Source: Pavona decussata
Taxonomy: Eukaryota
DNA: 64,000 bases
Direction of reading: 5' to 3'
NCBI GenBank assembly: GCA_977016875.1
Contig: CDRNST010000125.1
Coordinates: forward strand, 248,001 to 312,000
Shown: piece by piece, positions 33,901 to 48,900 of the stretch
Position numbering within the stretch: position 1 is the stretch's first letter
Layout: the number at the start of each line of letters is the position of its first letter
Program-made: the position numbers and the translations under genes
Notes under the pieces: model-generated
The model's input: only the letters and a program-made list of their open reading frames with translations
Told to the model about the DNA's origin: nothing
Database searches by the model: none

Positions 33901-36900
33901 ATGAAGTTGCTGTACACAAGCTTAAGCTACATTGTTTTACATAGCAAAATAATCACATAATGCTGAACGCTTGAACAGACAAAACCGTCAATTATCCAAA
34001 TGTCGCTCTTTGGCCTCCTATAAGCATAGGAAGAAAGCCTAAATGGGAGTGGTCTAATTCATCAATTAACAGATTCGGTCAGCATGTTCCATGCCTGTAC
34101 GTTGGTGGAAAGAGAGTCAGATTAGATTCTATACACGTGTGAAAGAATGGCAAGGAAAAAAGTAGAGAGGGCTTCTTGGGGATGCTGGCATCTCTTCTCG
34201 GCGATACCAAATTTCCGCACCATAAAAGCGAGGACTTAAACGTTTGTCAAAATTTTCAGCGGCTTTCTTTCAATGATTTCCCATGCGTGCTTGTAAAATG
34301 AGTGATGAGGTAAGGTTTCCAACTTAACTGTGAAGAAAAGCGGCGGGAAACAGTGTTGATACCGAATCTCACAAGAGACAGTTTATTGCTGGTATCTTCT
34401 TTAAAAGCAAGAATTAAAAACTTCAACAACAAAGTTATATTTCGCCTTACACGGGAAAACCTCAGGTTTTCACCCACAGATTTTAGTCAGAACCAAATTG
34501 ATCAAGACATGCATCTTATACTCGATGACCATGACAAATCATTGAGGTTGTGAGAATACAGAACACGGTCATTAAACGCACCGTGACATGGTTAATTAGT
34601 GTGCATTCGATTGACCTTATTCCGGAATAGGAATACATAAAACGATGACAAGTAATCCATCATAAAAAGTTTTAGGAGTAACTGGAGTACGAGAGGACTC
34701 CTAATTAAATTATCATGTATTAGCGAAAAAAGTTTGACTTACCAAATTACTTAAAAAGACAAATTTAATAGCTGTCCCGTTTTATCTTATTCCGGAATAA
34801 GGCCAATCGAACGGAACGCACGTCTTTCATTCTGGTTGAATCCAGATTTCTCATGGACACTAGACTGAAAGACTATTATGTTCAACGACGTCGTAACATT
34901 CTTAACATTCTCAGATTATATGAACTACAACACAAGAAATCTTACCATGTTTCGTTTTCCGGATCCCACAGATACAACACAGGATCTATGTCTTCCTTTT
35001 GGACCTCATTGTTGACGTACTTGTCGTTGGCCTTCACCAGTTTATCGACGTCGTAGAACATAGAAATGGTGATAGGCTTTGCAAACTTGTAGCCTTCCTT
35101 GACCGTGTTGTTCGCTGGATCCAGCGCCTTAATTACAAAACTGTAGTTCCCAAGCATGAATTGCTGCCGGGGGAAAGTAAAAGTATTCTGTGTAAAGCCG
35201 CGAAATGGACGAAATTTATCAGTCAAGTGAAAAGGGAAAGGGCGATGAGAAACAACAAGCAGGTGAAGTTTTAAAACAAGAATGATAGAGTTAACAAATC
35301 GAATGTGGTTTGGCGTTGTCTGTACTCTTATCGACAACGATATTCGTCATCACAGTGGTCAAAATTTGTTGTGGACTCACTCGGCGCACAACATTTTGAC
35401 TACTGTGATGACGAATATGGTTGTCGATAAGAGTGCAGACAGCGGTAAACCACATTCGATTTGTTTTTACCACAATATCAACGTCAAAAAATTTTTTACA
35501 ATAACGCTCAAAATTTGCACGCGCTGATTGACGCGAGCAGCGTGATCTAGACTCTTATCGACAACGGAAAATCAGCCAATCAGATTGCGAGATTAGAAAA
35601 AATTGTGGTAAAAAGGATATTAAGCGTCAATCATACAATGTTAGACCGTCAGTCAGCCAGTCAAATAGTCAGTCATCTGCGACAGTCATGCAAGACAGTC
35701 ATTTAACGAGTCAGGAAGCCAGACAGCCTGTCCGTCTTTCAGGTAGGGAGTCAGATAGTCAGCGGTTGAGAAGACAGGCTGCTAAATCAGACAGTCGATC
35801 CACAGGCAATCAGTCAGGAGTCAGTCAGTCGCCATATCATTCATTTAGTCCGTTAGTAACTTAGGAATCAAAATAGTCAGTCAGCCACTCAGTGAATTCA
35901 ATAAATAAGTGAATCAGTGAATCACTTATTTAGACAGTCAATAAAGTAGGATAACCTATCGGTTAGTAAACCATAGAAAACAGTTCTATGTGTCCTTCTA
36001 GATTTGTGAACCAAGAAACTCTTAAAATAAAATAGTAGGGCACAAACCTTAGGCTTAGTGTCTTTTGGGTTGCTAACAGGACCCTCCTCAGTCCTGTTCT
36101 TCTTCAGTGCATCATTGTCCAGACTGTACGAGCGCAGCTTTACTTCGCCTTTAACTGCTCCCTCAGGCACAGTTAGTGTCCCGTATGTCTGCCCCACTCC
36201 TCCATCCTTGCGCGACCCGTTTTCATTCACGTTCACAGTATCGAAGAAAAACGAGGCAGACGACTTATTGTCAAAGACGTATTCCGACTTTCCAACCACG
36301 ATACCATTTGAAGACAGTCTGTTGGATAGTAAACCAGCACCATTTGTTGCTCTTACGGTAGCAAAGTACTTCTTCCCTTTTCCGAGAGCGTTGTCTTTAA
36401 ACTTAGCAAGCCATATCGTTGTGTTAGTGACCTCTTCAAACTCCTTGACATCGGTCAAGCCAGGCGCAGTTCCCCAGGCAACCTCGTATGACGTCACATC
36501 ACTTTCTGGGTCACTTGCGGCGAAGTATGCAAATATTATGTCAACGAAGACCTATGAAGGGAACAATACACATTAATAAACTGCCATTTTTCTGAGAGAA
36601 CCTTGCGATTCGAAGCATGCATTGTGTTATTAAGAGCCATGTCTTTGTTTCTTGTAGGGTGGATTGTAGATTCGGTACATAATATGTAGCTAGAGATAAT
36701 TTAAAGGGGTGAGCTTCATTCAATTACAAAGGAAGTATAAGCACCAAGATAAAGGGAAAAGCCGGGTTTTTATTACTTAAATGGAAACAAGCGCTAAATG
36801 TTCATTACCTGGAAGTCCATATCAGGTCCCATAATTCCGTCTCTGACGTATTCCATCACAGGTGGTGTGGTGTCTATGCTAACGCCATCACTGTATGTCG

Positions 36901-39900
36901 CTGAACATCTGCAGGCTCCATTACAGGCGACCACTGTAACAAAATAAGAATCACCATGCTGCAAATTAAGTCCATAGTGACTTCCGTTTGGCCTCACTCC
37001 AGTGCTTTCGCATACCCGGATGTCATCTTTCATTGGCTGAGTCCCCACACACCAGAAATACTCGACGATGTCACTTTCGTTATCCAAGAAGTCAATCCAC
37101 CTGGCGTGAATCTCGCGAGTATTGTTGGTAAAGTCGATATCGGTGTCTTCAAAACTTCGAGTGGAGCATTGACTGTTTTCGCCAAAGGTCGAGTTCTCGG
37201 AGCAGTTCGTATTTGGATCACTGCCAATTCCATCGTACACGACCCCAACTTCTGGAGCCGTCGAGTCGATAACGAAAGACTCCGAGAGAGAGCTGGTTGA
37301 TTGACCAGCTCGTGTTGTTTCAAGCAGCTCCACGGTGTAGAGGTTTTCAGAGCCAGGGACAAAGAGGGATCCATTCATCAGGTTGATGTTCAACCCATTG
37401 GTTTCGCTATTCACCATCGTTGTAGAGGGACAGGAAACAGAATCACAAATACTTGATGTAAAACTGAACGGATCGTCGCTCTGAAGCGGTGAACACGTCA
37501 TTCCTTTGCATGTGGAGCACATTTCTGCAAATCCACCAAATGACTTCCGTCCTTCTTCGCAAGGGATACATTTTACGATACCCAAGCCATTAATCTGAGA
37601 AACTCTCACGCGGTAATGGTTAATTGGGCAATATGTTGCCGTATAGACTCGTCCTGTACCTAACGCCTCTCCTTGTCCAGGCCATGTAAGAACGCCGGGA
37701 GTGCCAATCAAAATTGTATTATGTACGAAGGACACTGAAGCTCGAGGAATTCCATCATCCACCCTCAACCCATTCTCGCGCGAGATAGCTCGTCCGAGGT
37801 TCACGCATCGACCAGCCTCATACTTTGAATATATTCCCTGGAAACCAATCAACTGCACCCCGTCTCGTCCCCCTATCGTCTGCATGCCTAGTGCAGTAAT
37901 GAAACCTCCATCGCGGGCGTTAACATCCAGATCTCCACTCAAGTATTCCTCTGGTGTAACAGCAACAAAATTACACACCTCATGGTAGGATTTTGTTGTG
38001 GTGTTAAGTTGAAGAACTTTTGCCAACCTGGAAGCTTTAGACACCACAACAAGGGCTTCAGTTTCTGTAAGACGAATAGACAGCGGGCCAGTGACGTTCC
38101 GGTGTTTATCAAAGCAGATGGTCTTTTGGAGGGTGGTCGTTTCGATGGAGTAAACAGAGATGCACGAATTCTTCTTTTCCCCTTCTGCTATTGCCAGGAG
38201 GTGCTTGTTTAAAGACACTGAATGCCCAAAGTTACGGTCCTTCTTTTCTTCTCCAAGTGCTTTCATAAACGACCACGCTCCTCTATTTTCCTTGAAAATA
38301 CCCACGACACTAGCGTTCGTAGTCAAATTGGTTCCAGTAACAGCAATAACGTTGCCATGAATTGCAATGTCCTGGCTTATGTTGTCTGCCCATAAATTAT
38401 CGGCAGGACAATCAGCTGCTGAAACAGTCTTGCAATTGCTTAAAACTACGGTCTTCGTCAATTGTAGATTTTCACGGTCATCCATGCTGCTCTCATAAAG
38501 ATGTGCTTTATTACTCGATAAGAAGACCGACCGGTTACCATGTGCTATCACTTTTATTGGCATCGCAGTTGAGCCAGCAATGTCATCTGACATGGTGATG
38601 TGGCTTGCACTTCTGTTTTCACGGGGAAGGGCGAATGCTTTATCGGCAGATCCAATGGCAAAATAGCCATTCGGCAGATGAGCCACAGAAGCACCAAACT
38701 GTTTGGACGGTAAAGTGGCTTTGAAGTGTGTGTCGGTGAACGCAACTTGCGGGTCAACCGGGCACTTGGCACAGCACGGTCCCTCGGGATCAGCAAATCC
38801 TGGGAGGACTTTCATTATGCTCGAGTCTTCAGTTGTGTTGCTTTCGTTTTTGTCCGATGTCACTCTTTGGACAATGATCTTGAACTCCTTCGTTGGACTG
38901 AAAAGGTTGTGGTCCAGACGGAAAGCTGTTCTGTTGCTGGTATCATTTGAACCGCTTCTTATGACCAGCTGCAACTCTTTTGGAAAAGATATGTACTTCA
39001 CATCCTCGTCTAATGCACTTCGGTTAACTTCAGGTAATGTCAAGTTTGGCAGCCATCGTAAATGCTCTTGTTCAGCACCAACATCTCGGATGTGTAAACC
39101 CCTTTTCGGAGGAGCACTGGGTTCGATTCTCAGACCATCGCTGGCAGCCTCAGTGTAAATATCACCTTCGTTCCAGACCCTCACAACTCCCCGGTAACGC
39201 TCCCATGGTTCCAAGGACACACTTCGGATTGTCACATTTCGTTGCCAAGACAACACGTCCATAAACTCATGTACGAAAGGTTCGCTACTCCATGATTTCT
39301 CCGTGACAAGGTGTGGTAGAGACAAGTTTGAAGAAGGTTGTGTGACAGCTACCTGAATACGCAAGCGCGAGATGTCTTTAATAAAGTTTCCCATGATCTC
39401 CCACTGAAGCGACAAACTTTGCATCAAGGCTTGCCAGTCAATATCCGTCAGATTGCCTGCGTCCAGACTTGGAATATCGATAACCTCCACAAGCTTTGGT
39501 GCGATGGAGATGACCTTGCATTGTTCAGACACCAAACGAGTTTTCATACCGACTCCATTCACAGCGTAGACAGTAGCGTAAAGCACCGTGCCTGATGCGA
39601 GTCTTTTGACTATGGCTGTGCCTTTTGGCTTTACTCCAACTGACTTTAACGCTAACACATCACATTGTCCCTTAGATGTTCCAACGCACCAGTCATACCG
39701 CTCCAGTGTGCTCTCTGCATCTTCAAATTCATCCCAGGTGGAAGTCAACAGTTCCTCGGAGCAACTAAATCGAACATGAGAGCTTGCTTGTATTTCATTG
39801 TAGGCAAGCATATCGCTACCACGAGGAAGGGAACTGTTTGAATTTCCTTCAGTGGTAGGCGGAACTTGCGTCGTATTGACCAAAACGTTGTCTGCATCTT

Positions 39901-42900
39901 TAAGTGTCGGAGGCGTAGAATCGATCGAAACTCGGTTAGATGTCGTCTCCGATGATAAACCAATGTGATTGGTTCCTTTTACGACAGCATAATATGACTC
40001 TCCGTGGACAAGCTGTAAACCACGCACAGTTAAGCTTGTGTTCAAGCCGACGTTAATGAAAGTAGTGATGGTGCAATTTTCAGGTATGGTACTAACACAG
40101 ACTTGGTATTGTGAGATACCAGTTTCGGAATCAATAAACGAAGGCCAACTGCGGAAAAAAGAGGATAGAGTTAGTACGTAATCAGTAGATAAGCATGTGG
40201 TCGAAACAGCCAGCGTCCATTAAGTGACTAAGTGACGAGGAGTGTTACACCTCTCTCTTCACCGCTGAAAACAAGCTTGGTTAGCTCTGCAACTTTAATG
40301 AATTTTTCTATAGGACTAATTTACTTAGAGTAGTACCCTTCACCTCCAAAGGATTTTACTCTATCGAAAGTCCCCCCCCCCCTGTACTCACTCACTCCCA
40401 CAACAAAAATGTTGTTACACTTCCTCTAACAGTTATCTGATGTCTGTTACACAACTAGGTTGCATGGAAAGACACAAGTACCTCGTTTCAGGTAGTGCGA
40501 CAAAGACCTGAAGTCGAATTCACGGAGTTCGCCAGGATAAGGTGTGTATTAAGAATTTATTGGATTATAAAACCTGTTGAACTAATACTAACGGTTCGTC
40601 TAAACAGCCAATTAACGTATTATGAACACCAACCCGTGACTCGAACGACTGACCTTTCAATCGCTGGAAGAAATATTTTACTGTATCACGATATCCGTTT
40701 GTTTAAGGAGCGAGACTATTTAATATTGGCAATCAAACAAACAAATTTGGCAAAACTGGGCCGTTAAATGTGAAGGAAGTAATGGCAAAATGGTATTCAC
40801 CTCCTACAACGAAATAACAGCTTTTACCTGACAGTAAACTTGGTCAAATCTGATTGGTACTTAGCAATCTCGGGTCCAGCACCCAGCCGTGCTTCGCTTG
40901 CCGTGGGAGGGGTAAAATCGACAGTGAATCCATCAGAGGAAGCCTGGATCTGAAGTCCAGCAAAGTTGACTGCTCTGACGATGAAAAAGTACTGAACACC
41001 GCTTTCAAGGTCTAATCCTATGAAAATGACAAAGAGAACAAAATCATTACTTACGTTCTTTACTATGTATTCTACGACATAGCATTTTGACCAATTAACG
41101 TATACGTAATAAATAGACAAATATAATGAACTGCGAAAGGAAAGTTCCTTGGAGATGCGTGATACTTGAAAATGTTATCGGTTAGGATTGATATAAAAAT
41201 AAATATCAAAAAGTGTCAAAAACGGTTTTGAAAAAAACACAGACGTTTCGGGTATATAACCCTTCTTCAGTGTGGAGAAAACCGCATCGAATAGACAAAT
41301 ATGTCGACCAAATAATATATTAAATAGAGATGGCTGATTTTACGGTTCGGAAATTATATTGATGATGTTCTTCATGGTATTACACAGAATACCCTGAAGA
41401 AGAAATTTCCGTACTTTTTTTAAATATTTGAATCAATATATTTCCCGAACCGTGAATTCAGCTTTGGTTTTTTTTATATATTCTATGTTCGATAATAGGC
41501 CATTTTCGAGTTGCTGTGAACCTCACTATGAAAGCGAGGCTAAGTGCAAAACTTTTCATATGAAAATTAGTTTTGTTTGCATACGAATGAAAACTAATTT
41601 TCATAACAAAAACTTTGCACTTAGCCTCGCTTTCAAAATGAGGTTCAAAGCAACTCAGAAATGTTCTAATTGCTACAGGATCCGGTGCTTTTATTTTATT
41701 GCGCTGGTCGGCGTATTGCACTCTTTGCAGTTGCTTTGGCCTCACGCTTCAAAATGTTACAAACTTCCTCAGGTTATGCAACCACAAAACGGTAGTTGTT
41801 TGTTTGTAAACGTTTTGAAATTAAACAGAGACTGTACTTGAACAAAGTTTACAACGTTTATTGTCGCGATGGCTTATTAGTTATTAGAAAAAAATATATC
41901 AAATCTAACCTGTAATGGTAATGTTAGTTGCTTTCCCAACCCCAGTGAAGGTTTGAGGGCACGAAGATAAGTTTTTAGCATCGCATAAAGCTACTTCGTA
42001 AGACTCGATACCAGACTCCAAGTCCTCAAAGCCAAACCAGCGTGCGCTGACATCATCCTCGCCGTTCAGATAATCCACATCTGAAACGACTCCGTCGATT
42101 ACAGAGCCAGATATCGGTGGTGTATCGTCAACTGTCATGCCATCTGATGTAAGAGACGTTGTCACCCCAGCGCTGTTTGTTGCATTTACGGTGATGAAGT
42201 AGCGCTGACCGTTTTTAAGCGGCTCAGTGAGAATCTTGTGAACGGACGTACTGACTGGAGTTAGTGACGATTGTGCAACAAGGTCGCAGGAACCTGGTGA
42301 TGAGCCTGCGCACCACATGACCTCCACAACGTCACTTTCCAGATCTTCAAAGGCGCTCCAGTGAGCTGATGTATGGGTTGTACTTCGCTGAATGTCAACA
42401 TCCTGGTCTTGCTTAGCACCGTCAAGAATTTCACCTCCGTTAACAGGCCCTTAAAGAAACAATACCATTGAGTGAAACAAAACTACAAAAGTACAACATG
42501 GAGGCCTCGAAGAATGTAAATGATTTCTAGATTATCAGTTAACACTCAGCCAACAAGGGAAACAAAATTTTGGTTAGAGCGAAATCCTCACAAACAAAGA
42601 AAGACCCTGTATCTATCTATACGACACTAAAATGGTCTTCTTCTCTTCTTTGCATTTACGGCTATATCTTTAGTTATCAAACGGTAGCAGAACGATGCAA
42701 AATCATATTCCATTGCCAGCTGACAGTTTCATTTGAATTCATTAGTTCTAGGAATTTCTGAGTGCATGAAGAAAACGTTCTTTAGCTGACAAATTCCCTT
42801 ATTGTTTGCATAACAATTGTCAACTAGGCTGTGATCATCTCCACAGAATGTATAGTTATGGATGGACGAGAAAAACAGGGATAGTATTTAAACAAAAAGA

Positions 42901-45900
42901 CCGCGTACCATTTTGTCTTATTATGCCAACCAATTGCAAAACTGGATTTACTTATTTTGAATTTGTATGATGACTGATAATTAGAAGCAGTTCACAGTAC
43001 CTGTCTTGTCAACAGTTACTCCACTTGAGGACTGGACGTCACTCATCAGGCCAGCCATATTCTCTGCTTTGATAGAGACAAAGTACGTTTCGCCCTGTGT
43101 AAGGTGCAAATCTTCAAAAGTGTAACTCGTAGAGTTTGCGACATCTGTAAAGTTTAAAAAGTTACATGTGCCAGACTCCGTGCCAAGGCAAAGATAGTAT
43201 TTTTTGACACCGCTTTCGAGGTCCACGAACCTGCTCCACTCTACAGAGATCTTCGAGTGAGTAAACAACTGGGACTGTCCTTCTGAAGGCGGATTTTCAA
43301 CGTGGATGACCTCGCCCATAATTGGTGGTGTCGAGTCAACAACGAAACCGTCAGACACCATCTCGCTGGATCGTCCGACGACGTTCGTGGAGCGAACTCG
43401 TGTTACATACTTGACTCCCTCTTTGAACTCCAGGTCAGCTTTGCAAATCATTGTGCGGTTGCCTACATCCAGGTTACTCACTAGGCAGTCGTTATTAATG
43501 TTGACGGCGGAGCAGACAGATATCTCGGTTTTTGATACACCGCTTTCAGAGTCCACTGTTTTCCAACTAGCACAGTAAGCGTCTTTAGAGGTTATGTAGT
43601 CTTCGTCAACACGAAGTGAACCATGAAGCTGGAAGTCCAGGACCTGTATAGGATACAAATAGCCAGTTTAAAGTAAGGCTATACACCTTTATCTTACTAG
43701 CGGACGTATGTCATGGCTACTTTTATACAAGTTTCAACTTTCTACATCCTAGCACTAGGACGGGTATTTTTCCTCTCTCTTCTGGAATGAGAATGGACCG
43801 AATGTTTATGATTAGAATGACTGGAATGTAAAAGAATAAAACAAAGGTAATATTCTAAAAGAGGAGTGAAAACTTGTTCATTCCGGATCGGTCCGTTTGT
43901 TCTGACTGGAACGAACAAAACTGTTGTCAAAAAACGCGTGAAAAAGTCGTTCCAAGTATTTTCATTCTAGAATGGTTTCTAAAAAGCTTCCCTGCACGTC
44001 CTCAGAGCACTCGATTCTTCCTGTGGCTTACCAGTAGAGACGAAGGGTCTAAGAAGCGAGATTGGTGCATGTTCATTAGGTTTTATAAAAAGTACTCCAA
44101 TAAATATTGTGCTTCTAATCAAGAAACGATAAATAAAAACTAATAATCGGAAGGTATTAGGTTTGACGCATGATAGGAGCACTCAAATTTCCTTTTTTCC
44201 GAGTATGCCTGTGTCATTCGCTGAATAATCATCAATCTCAAACGATAAATAGTTTCTTTAGACGTAGACGGATTAGAATATATTTTGCCATAACGTTGTT
44301 TGAGCTAAGTTATTGAAGCAGCAAACGATTTTGTCAGTTCATTCTAGGGCAGCCAAACGTAAAGTATTCCCTACCTCTGAGATAACAGGAGCGGTGCTAT
44401 CTACTTTCACTCCATTAGAAGACTCCCTGGTAACTCCGCCTGCACCGTTGTAGGCACTAACAGTCACAAACACGACCATCCCTGTAGCTAAAGCTGGACT
44501 AATCTGCCGTTCTACAAGATTAGTGACGTCACCTAGATCAGTTTCGGGGATGATGTCGCAGGTCCCCTTAGCGGTACCAGCACACCACCTGTACCTGACA
44601 ATGCCTGATTCCTCATCCTCGAAACCGTCCCAGCTGGCATAAATATAGGTGCCATCTGGTTGGTAATCAATGTCTTCAAGTTTCCGTCCGTCTGTATCTA
44701 TCACTGATCCACTTACTGGAGGAGTACTGTCCACTTTAATGCCATTAGAAGACGCAATAGCGCTATAGCCAGCTTCATTTGTTGCTCTCACGGTGACAAA
44801 GTATTTCTCGTCATGGTTCAAAGTTAAGCCCGAAATCGTGCCTTTCAATGCGATTCCCTGATTAACAAAGTCATTCACATCGCATTTCTCTTGTTCTGTT
44901 CCCACGCACATTTCGTACACAGTGATTCGTCCATTGGTGTCTGTAAATGGCGACCAGTTGGCCGAGATTTCACTGGACGAACTCTGTATATCAAGGTCAC
45001 TTAGCTCACTTAGACCATCGTACACAGTTCCGGCGGTCGGTGAAGTATCATCAAGTGTAAATGAATTAGATATAGCCTCCCTATACAGCCCAACGTTGTT
45101 ATGTGCACGAACAACAAGAACATAGGAGACTCCCGGTTTTATGTCAAGAGCTGAATTATCGATTGATTTCTTGAGTCCAATGTTGACGAACGGCGTGATA
45201 CATTCCCTCGTAGAGCTTGCGTAACATACAGCCCATTCAAAGTGACTCAATCCGCTCTCTTGGTCAATAAACCCACTCCAATCTGCTTGAACCGATTCGT
45301 CTTTTTTAAGATATTTAAGCTCCGGTGTGTTTCCCACTATAACAGTACCTGGAATGGGTGCGGTACTATCAATAAGAAGTGGTTTGGAAGTGCTTGTGGA
45401 AACCATTTCTACCCCATTTGTTATCTTTAACGTTACAATCACCTTACTGCCTGACGGAAGAGGCTTTGAAAGGGAATGCTCCACCGATGTTGCGCTAGGA
45501 TCTACAACAGACCAGGAGACGAAGTCACAAAATTTGGGCCTGCTACCAGCGCACCACTCTATAGAAGAAACTCCACTTTCGGCATCAGAGAGCTTCCTCC
45601 AGGAAAATGCCAGCCGCCGAGGATTTGCTTGCTTAAGAAAGTTACACAAACCATTTCCAGGGTAACTACACCACCGGTCAGACCCAAAGGCGGCATCAGA
45701 TCTGACGGCGAAAGCGTCTGTTTGATCAGCATCGGACGGGGTGTCCCAAACGGATCTTCGATCGCGTCCGCTTTCTGACGGCGGTGGAGACTGAGATGCG
45801 GCATTTGCTCCACTAGTCTCTACTTCATATAGAACATCCCCAATTAGAGCTGGAGTGGTGTCAACAGTTACACCATCGGAATAAGCTGATTCTTTTAATC

Positions 45901-48900
45901 CAGCAGCATTGATTGCTTCTATTGTGAAGAAATACCGCTGGCCTTCCTGGAGGGGTGTTTGATGGTGAACACTTGTCTGCAGGCCAGCAAACGTCATTTC
46001 CTGTACGTCACAAGACCCTGCAAGGGGAATTTTACACATTTGTAAATGAAAACAACTGCTAAGAAACTGTTGTTATCGCGTAAATTATAATTAATAAATA
46101 AAAGACCATCGCAGTTGAGCAAAAAAAGTCTAAAAAACAACATTGTACGGGATTGAAACCCATAATGTCTGCAACACCGATGCAATGCTTTACCTGCAAA
46201 CTTAACAATTCAATTGCAAGAAAATAATATTCTGAGGTCATTATTTACCTGTAGAAGCTGAAGAGATGGAAGTGAAATATACGAATACATATTTCTGGAA
46301 CTGCGGATGGAAGAATTAATGAATGACAAAATATCGCAGATAAGGCGCACCGTACGCAGTTGCGAAATGAAAGCCTAAAAAAGATTCATTCCAGAACATA
46401 GTTTAGTCACTTCCAACTCTTCACCCTCTACGGCATTGTGAAAGTATCTAAGCGGTCATGGATTCGAATCCCGTTCTTGCCTGAATATATATGTTTTAGG
46501 CTCTCTTTTCACAACTGAATGAATGAACGACACTTCAATTATTCAACTTATCTTAAAAGCACTCGATAAGTAAGGTGGCAATCAAATAAAAGCTGACAAC
46601 TAATAATTGTTTAAAAAACCGCTTCAAAAAAGCAGACAAAATACATAAGACAAAAGAAAGTCAGTAGCAGCGTTATGCAATTATGCACCGGATAATGATA
46701 ATGATGATAATACTGAATACTTAAATAGAAAACAAACTCCTCCCTCTTAGGTGGTTTTCGGGGAGGTCCTTATTATGACTTCACCTTTGTACCATAAAAA
46801 AGAAAGAAAAACATCACTTACCCTGAGCTTTACCAATACACCACTGATATTCCACGACTCCGCTCTCTGCGTCTTCAAAGCCACTCCAGTGAGCCGATAG
46901 CACTTCTGTATCACTCTGATAGTCGACATCGATAAACTCCTCACTTTCGGGAGAAGTGAGGTTCCCATCCGCTACGTCACCTGCCATTGGTGGAGTCCAG
47001 TCCACCACTACTTGTCGTGACGTCAGAGTGGTCTCCAAACCAAGCATGTTGACACCAGTCACGGTCACGTAAAATGTCAGTCCTTCACGGAGTGTGAAAT
47101 TCTTTAGGTCCAAGTCCAGAGAACGACTAAGGCTGTCAACTCTTTGGACGGCGAGAAGATCGTCTTGGAACGGAAAGCTTCCGACACCAACAAGGAAGTG
47201 ATTCATACCACTTTCGGCATCGTCCATTGACCACGTAACTACAGGAGCAGATGTGGAGGTTAGGTACAACGTTTCTTTTCCAGTTGCAGGAGCGATGTGG
47301 ACTGCTTTTCCGACTGGGGGAGTACGATCGACGACAACACCATCAGAAGATGAACTGACATTTTCGCCTCTGTTGTTTTGAGCTCTCACTGTAACGTAAT
47401 ATTTCTTTCCATATTCGAGTGTCAGATTATGAAAACGATTAGACGATGTTCCTAAATGGTGTACCTCAACGAATGGCCATTTACATAAGTCTTGTCCTGA
47501 TGGATTGGGCGGCTGATCCCTGATGCACCAATAATATCGCGAGATACCAAAGATCGGATCTTTAAAACCATTCCAATGTGCCCATATTGCTTTGTTGTCG
47601 AGTTGGAAGTCAATATCTTTTTGAGATGTCACCGGGCCATCGCTAACCACACCAGCAGTAAACTTTCCAAGTAGGATGAATAATCCGGGGGAGCAATCTG
47701 TTCTATAAAGTCCAGCGCCATTTGTAGCTCGTACACAAACAAAGTAAGTTTCGTTTCCAATGAGAGTTTGGTTTTCTATTACAACTCCACCCACTGAATC
47801 GTCGGCTACAACCTCACTGTAGAAATCGTCGCCATTTTGTTTGAGCACCTGAGGATCAGCTCCCACAGCCCAACTGGTTCGCTTAATGCCACTTTCGGGG
47901 TCTGTGAACCCTGTCCAGGCCACCACGAAGATGGAACCGGGCACCTCGTTCTTGTTTCTGTCATAGTTCGGTGGGAAAACATGTTGAGCAGACACATACC
48001 CAGGTGTTGGCACTGTACGGTCGATAACAACCCCATTTGAAGACGTCGTACTTGATAAACCAGCATTATTTACAGCAAACAGTCTCAAATAGTATGTCTT
48101 TCCTAATTTCAAGGGAACATTAGAAACCAATATGCTGGTCGTCAACAGCGAAACATTGGTGAAGTTTTTGATGTCGTTGTTATCTGGTGTAGTGCCTAAT
48201 CCCCAGGTCACTGACTTTAATCCACTCTGGTCATCCCGAACTGTCCATTCAGCTTTCAGAGAATCGTTTTTGGGATCATATGATAGCTTCAGATTATTTA
48301 CAACAGGTGGTGTGCTGTCGATGACAACACCATTTGTCCAGTTCACTGTTTTGAGCCCAACAGAGTTGAGAGCCTCAATACCAACTGTGTAACTTTGCCC
48401 TTCTTCGTAGTTTGCCAAAATACGACCTCCGCCTGTAATGATTGCCGATCCTGAAGAGTTCACGAGGGTCTTTAAAGCGTAGAAAGGAATAACGTAGTCA
48501 TTTGTACGCATGTTTTTCACTGAAAAACGATACCCAACAATAGGAGATTCGCCATCAAAACACACCCAAGAAATAGTTCGTTTGCTGGAGCTTGGAGCGT
48601 ATTTAACATCATGCAGATAATCACCTTTTCCATCCCAGACGGGCGAACATATTGGAGGGGTAGTGTCAACAATAAATCCATCAGACTGAACTGTGGTCTC
48701 CAAGCTTACACCGTTCACCCCTGTAACATTGACATAGTAACCTTCTCCACTAGTTAATTCTTTTGTGAGCTGTAATGTTACCGTGGTGACACTGCTTTTG
48801 AAAGCAAAGGATCCATAAACATCAACCAGAGAGCTTGAAGCACGTCTTCCCCAAACTTTTACTCTATACTGCTGCACAGCACTTTCTGCATCAACGAATT

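Noticed and set aside
46100-46520. tRNA gene (GGATTCGAATCCC)
   Set aside because: Only a B-box-like fragment in a degenerate repeat; no cloverleaf.
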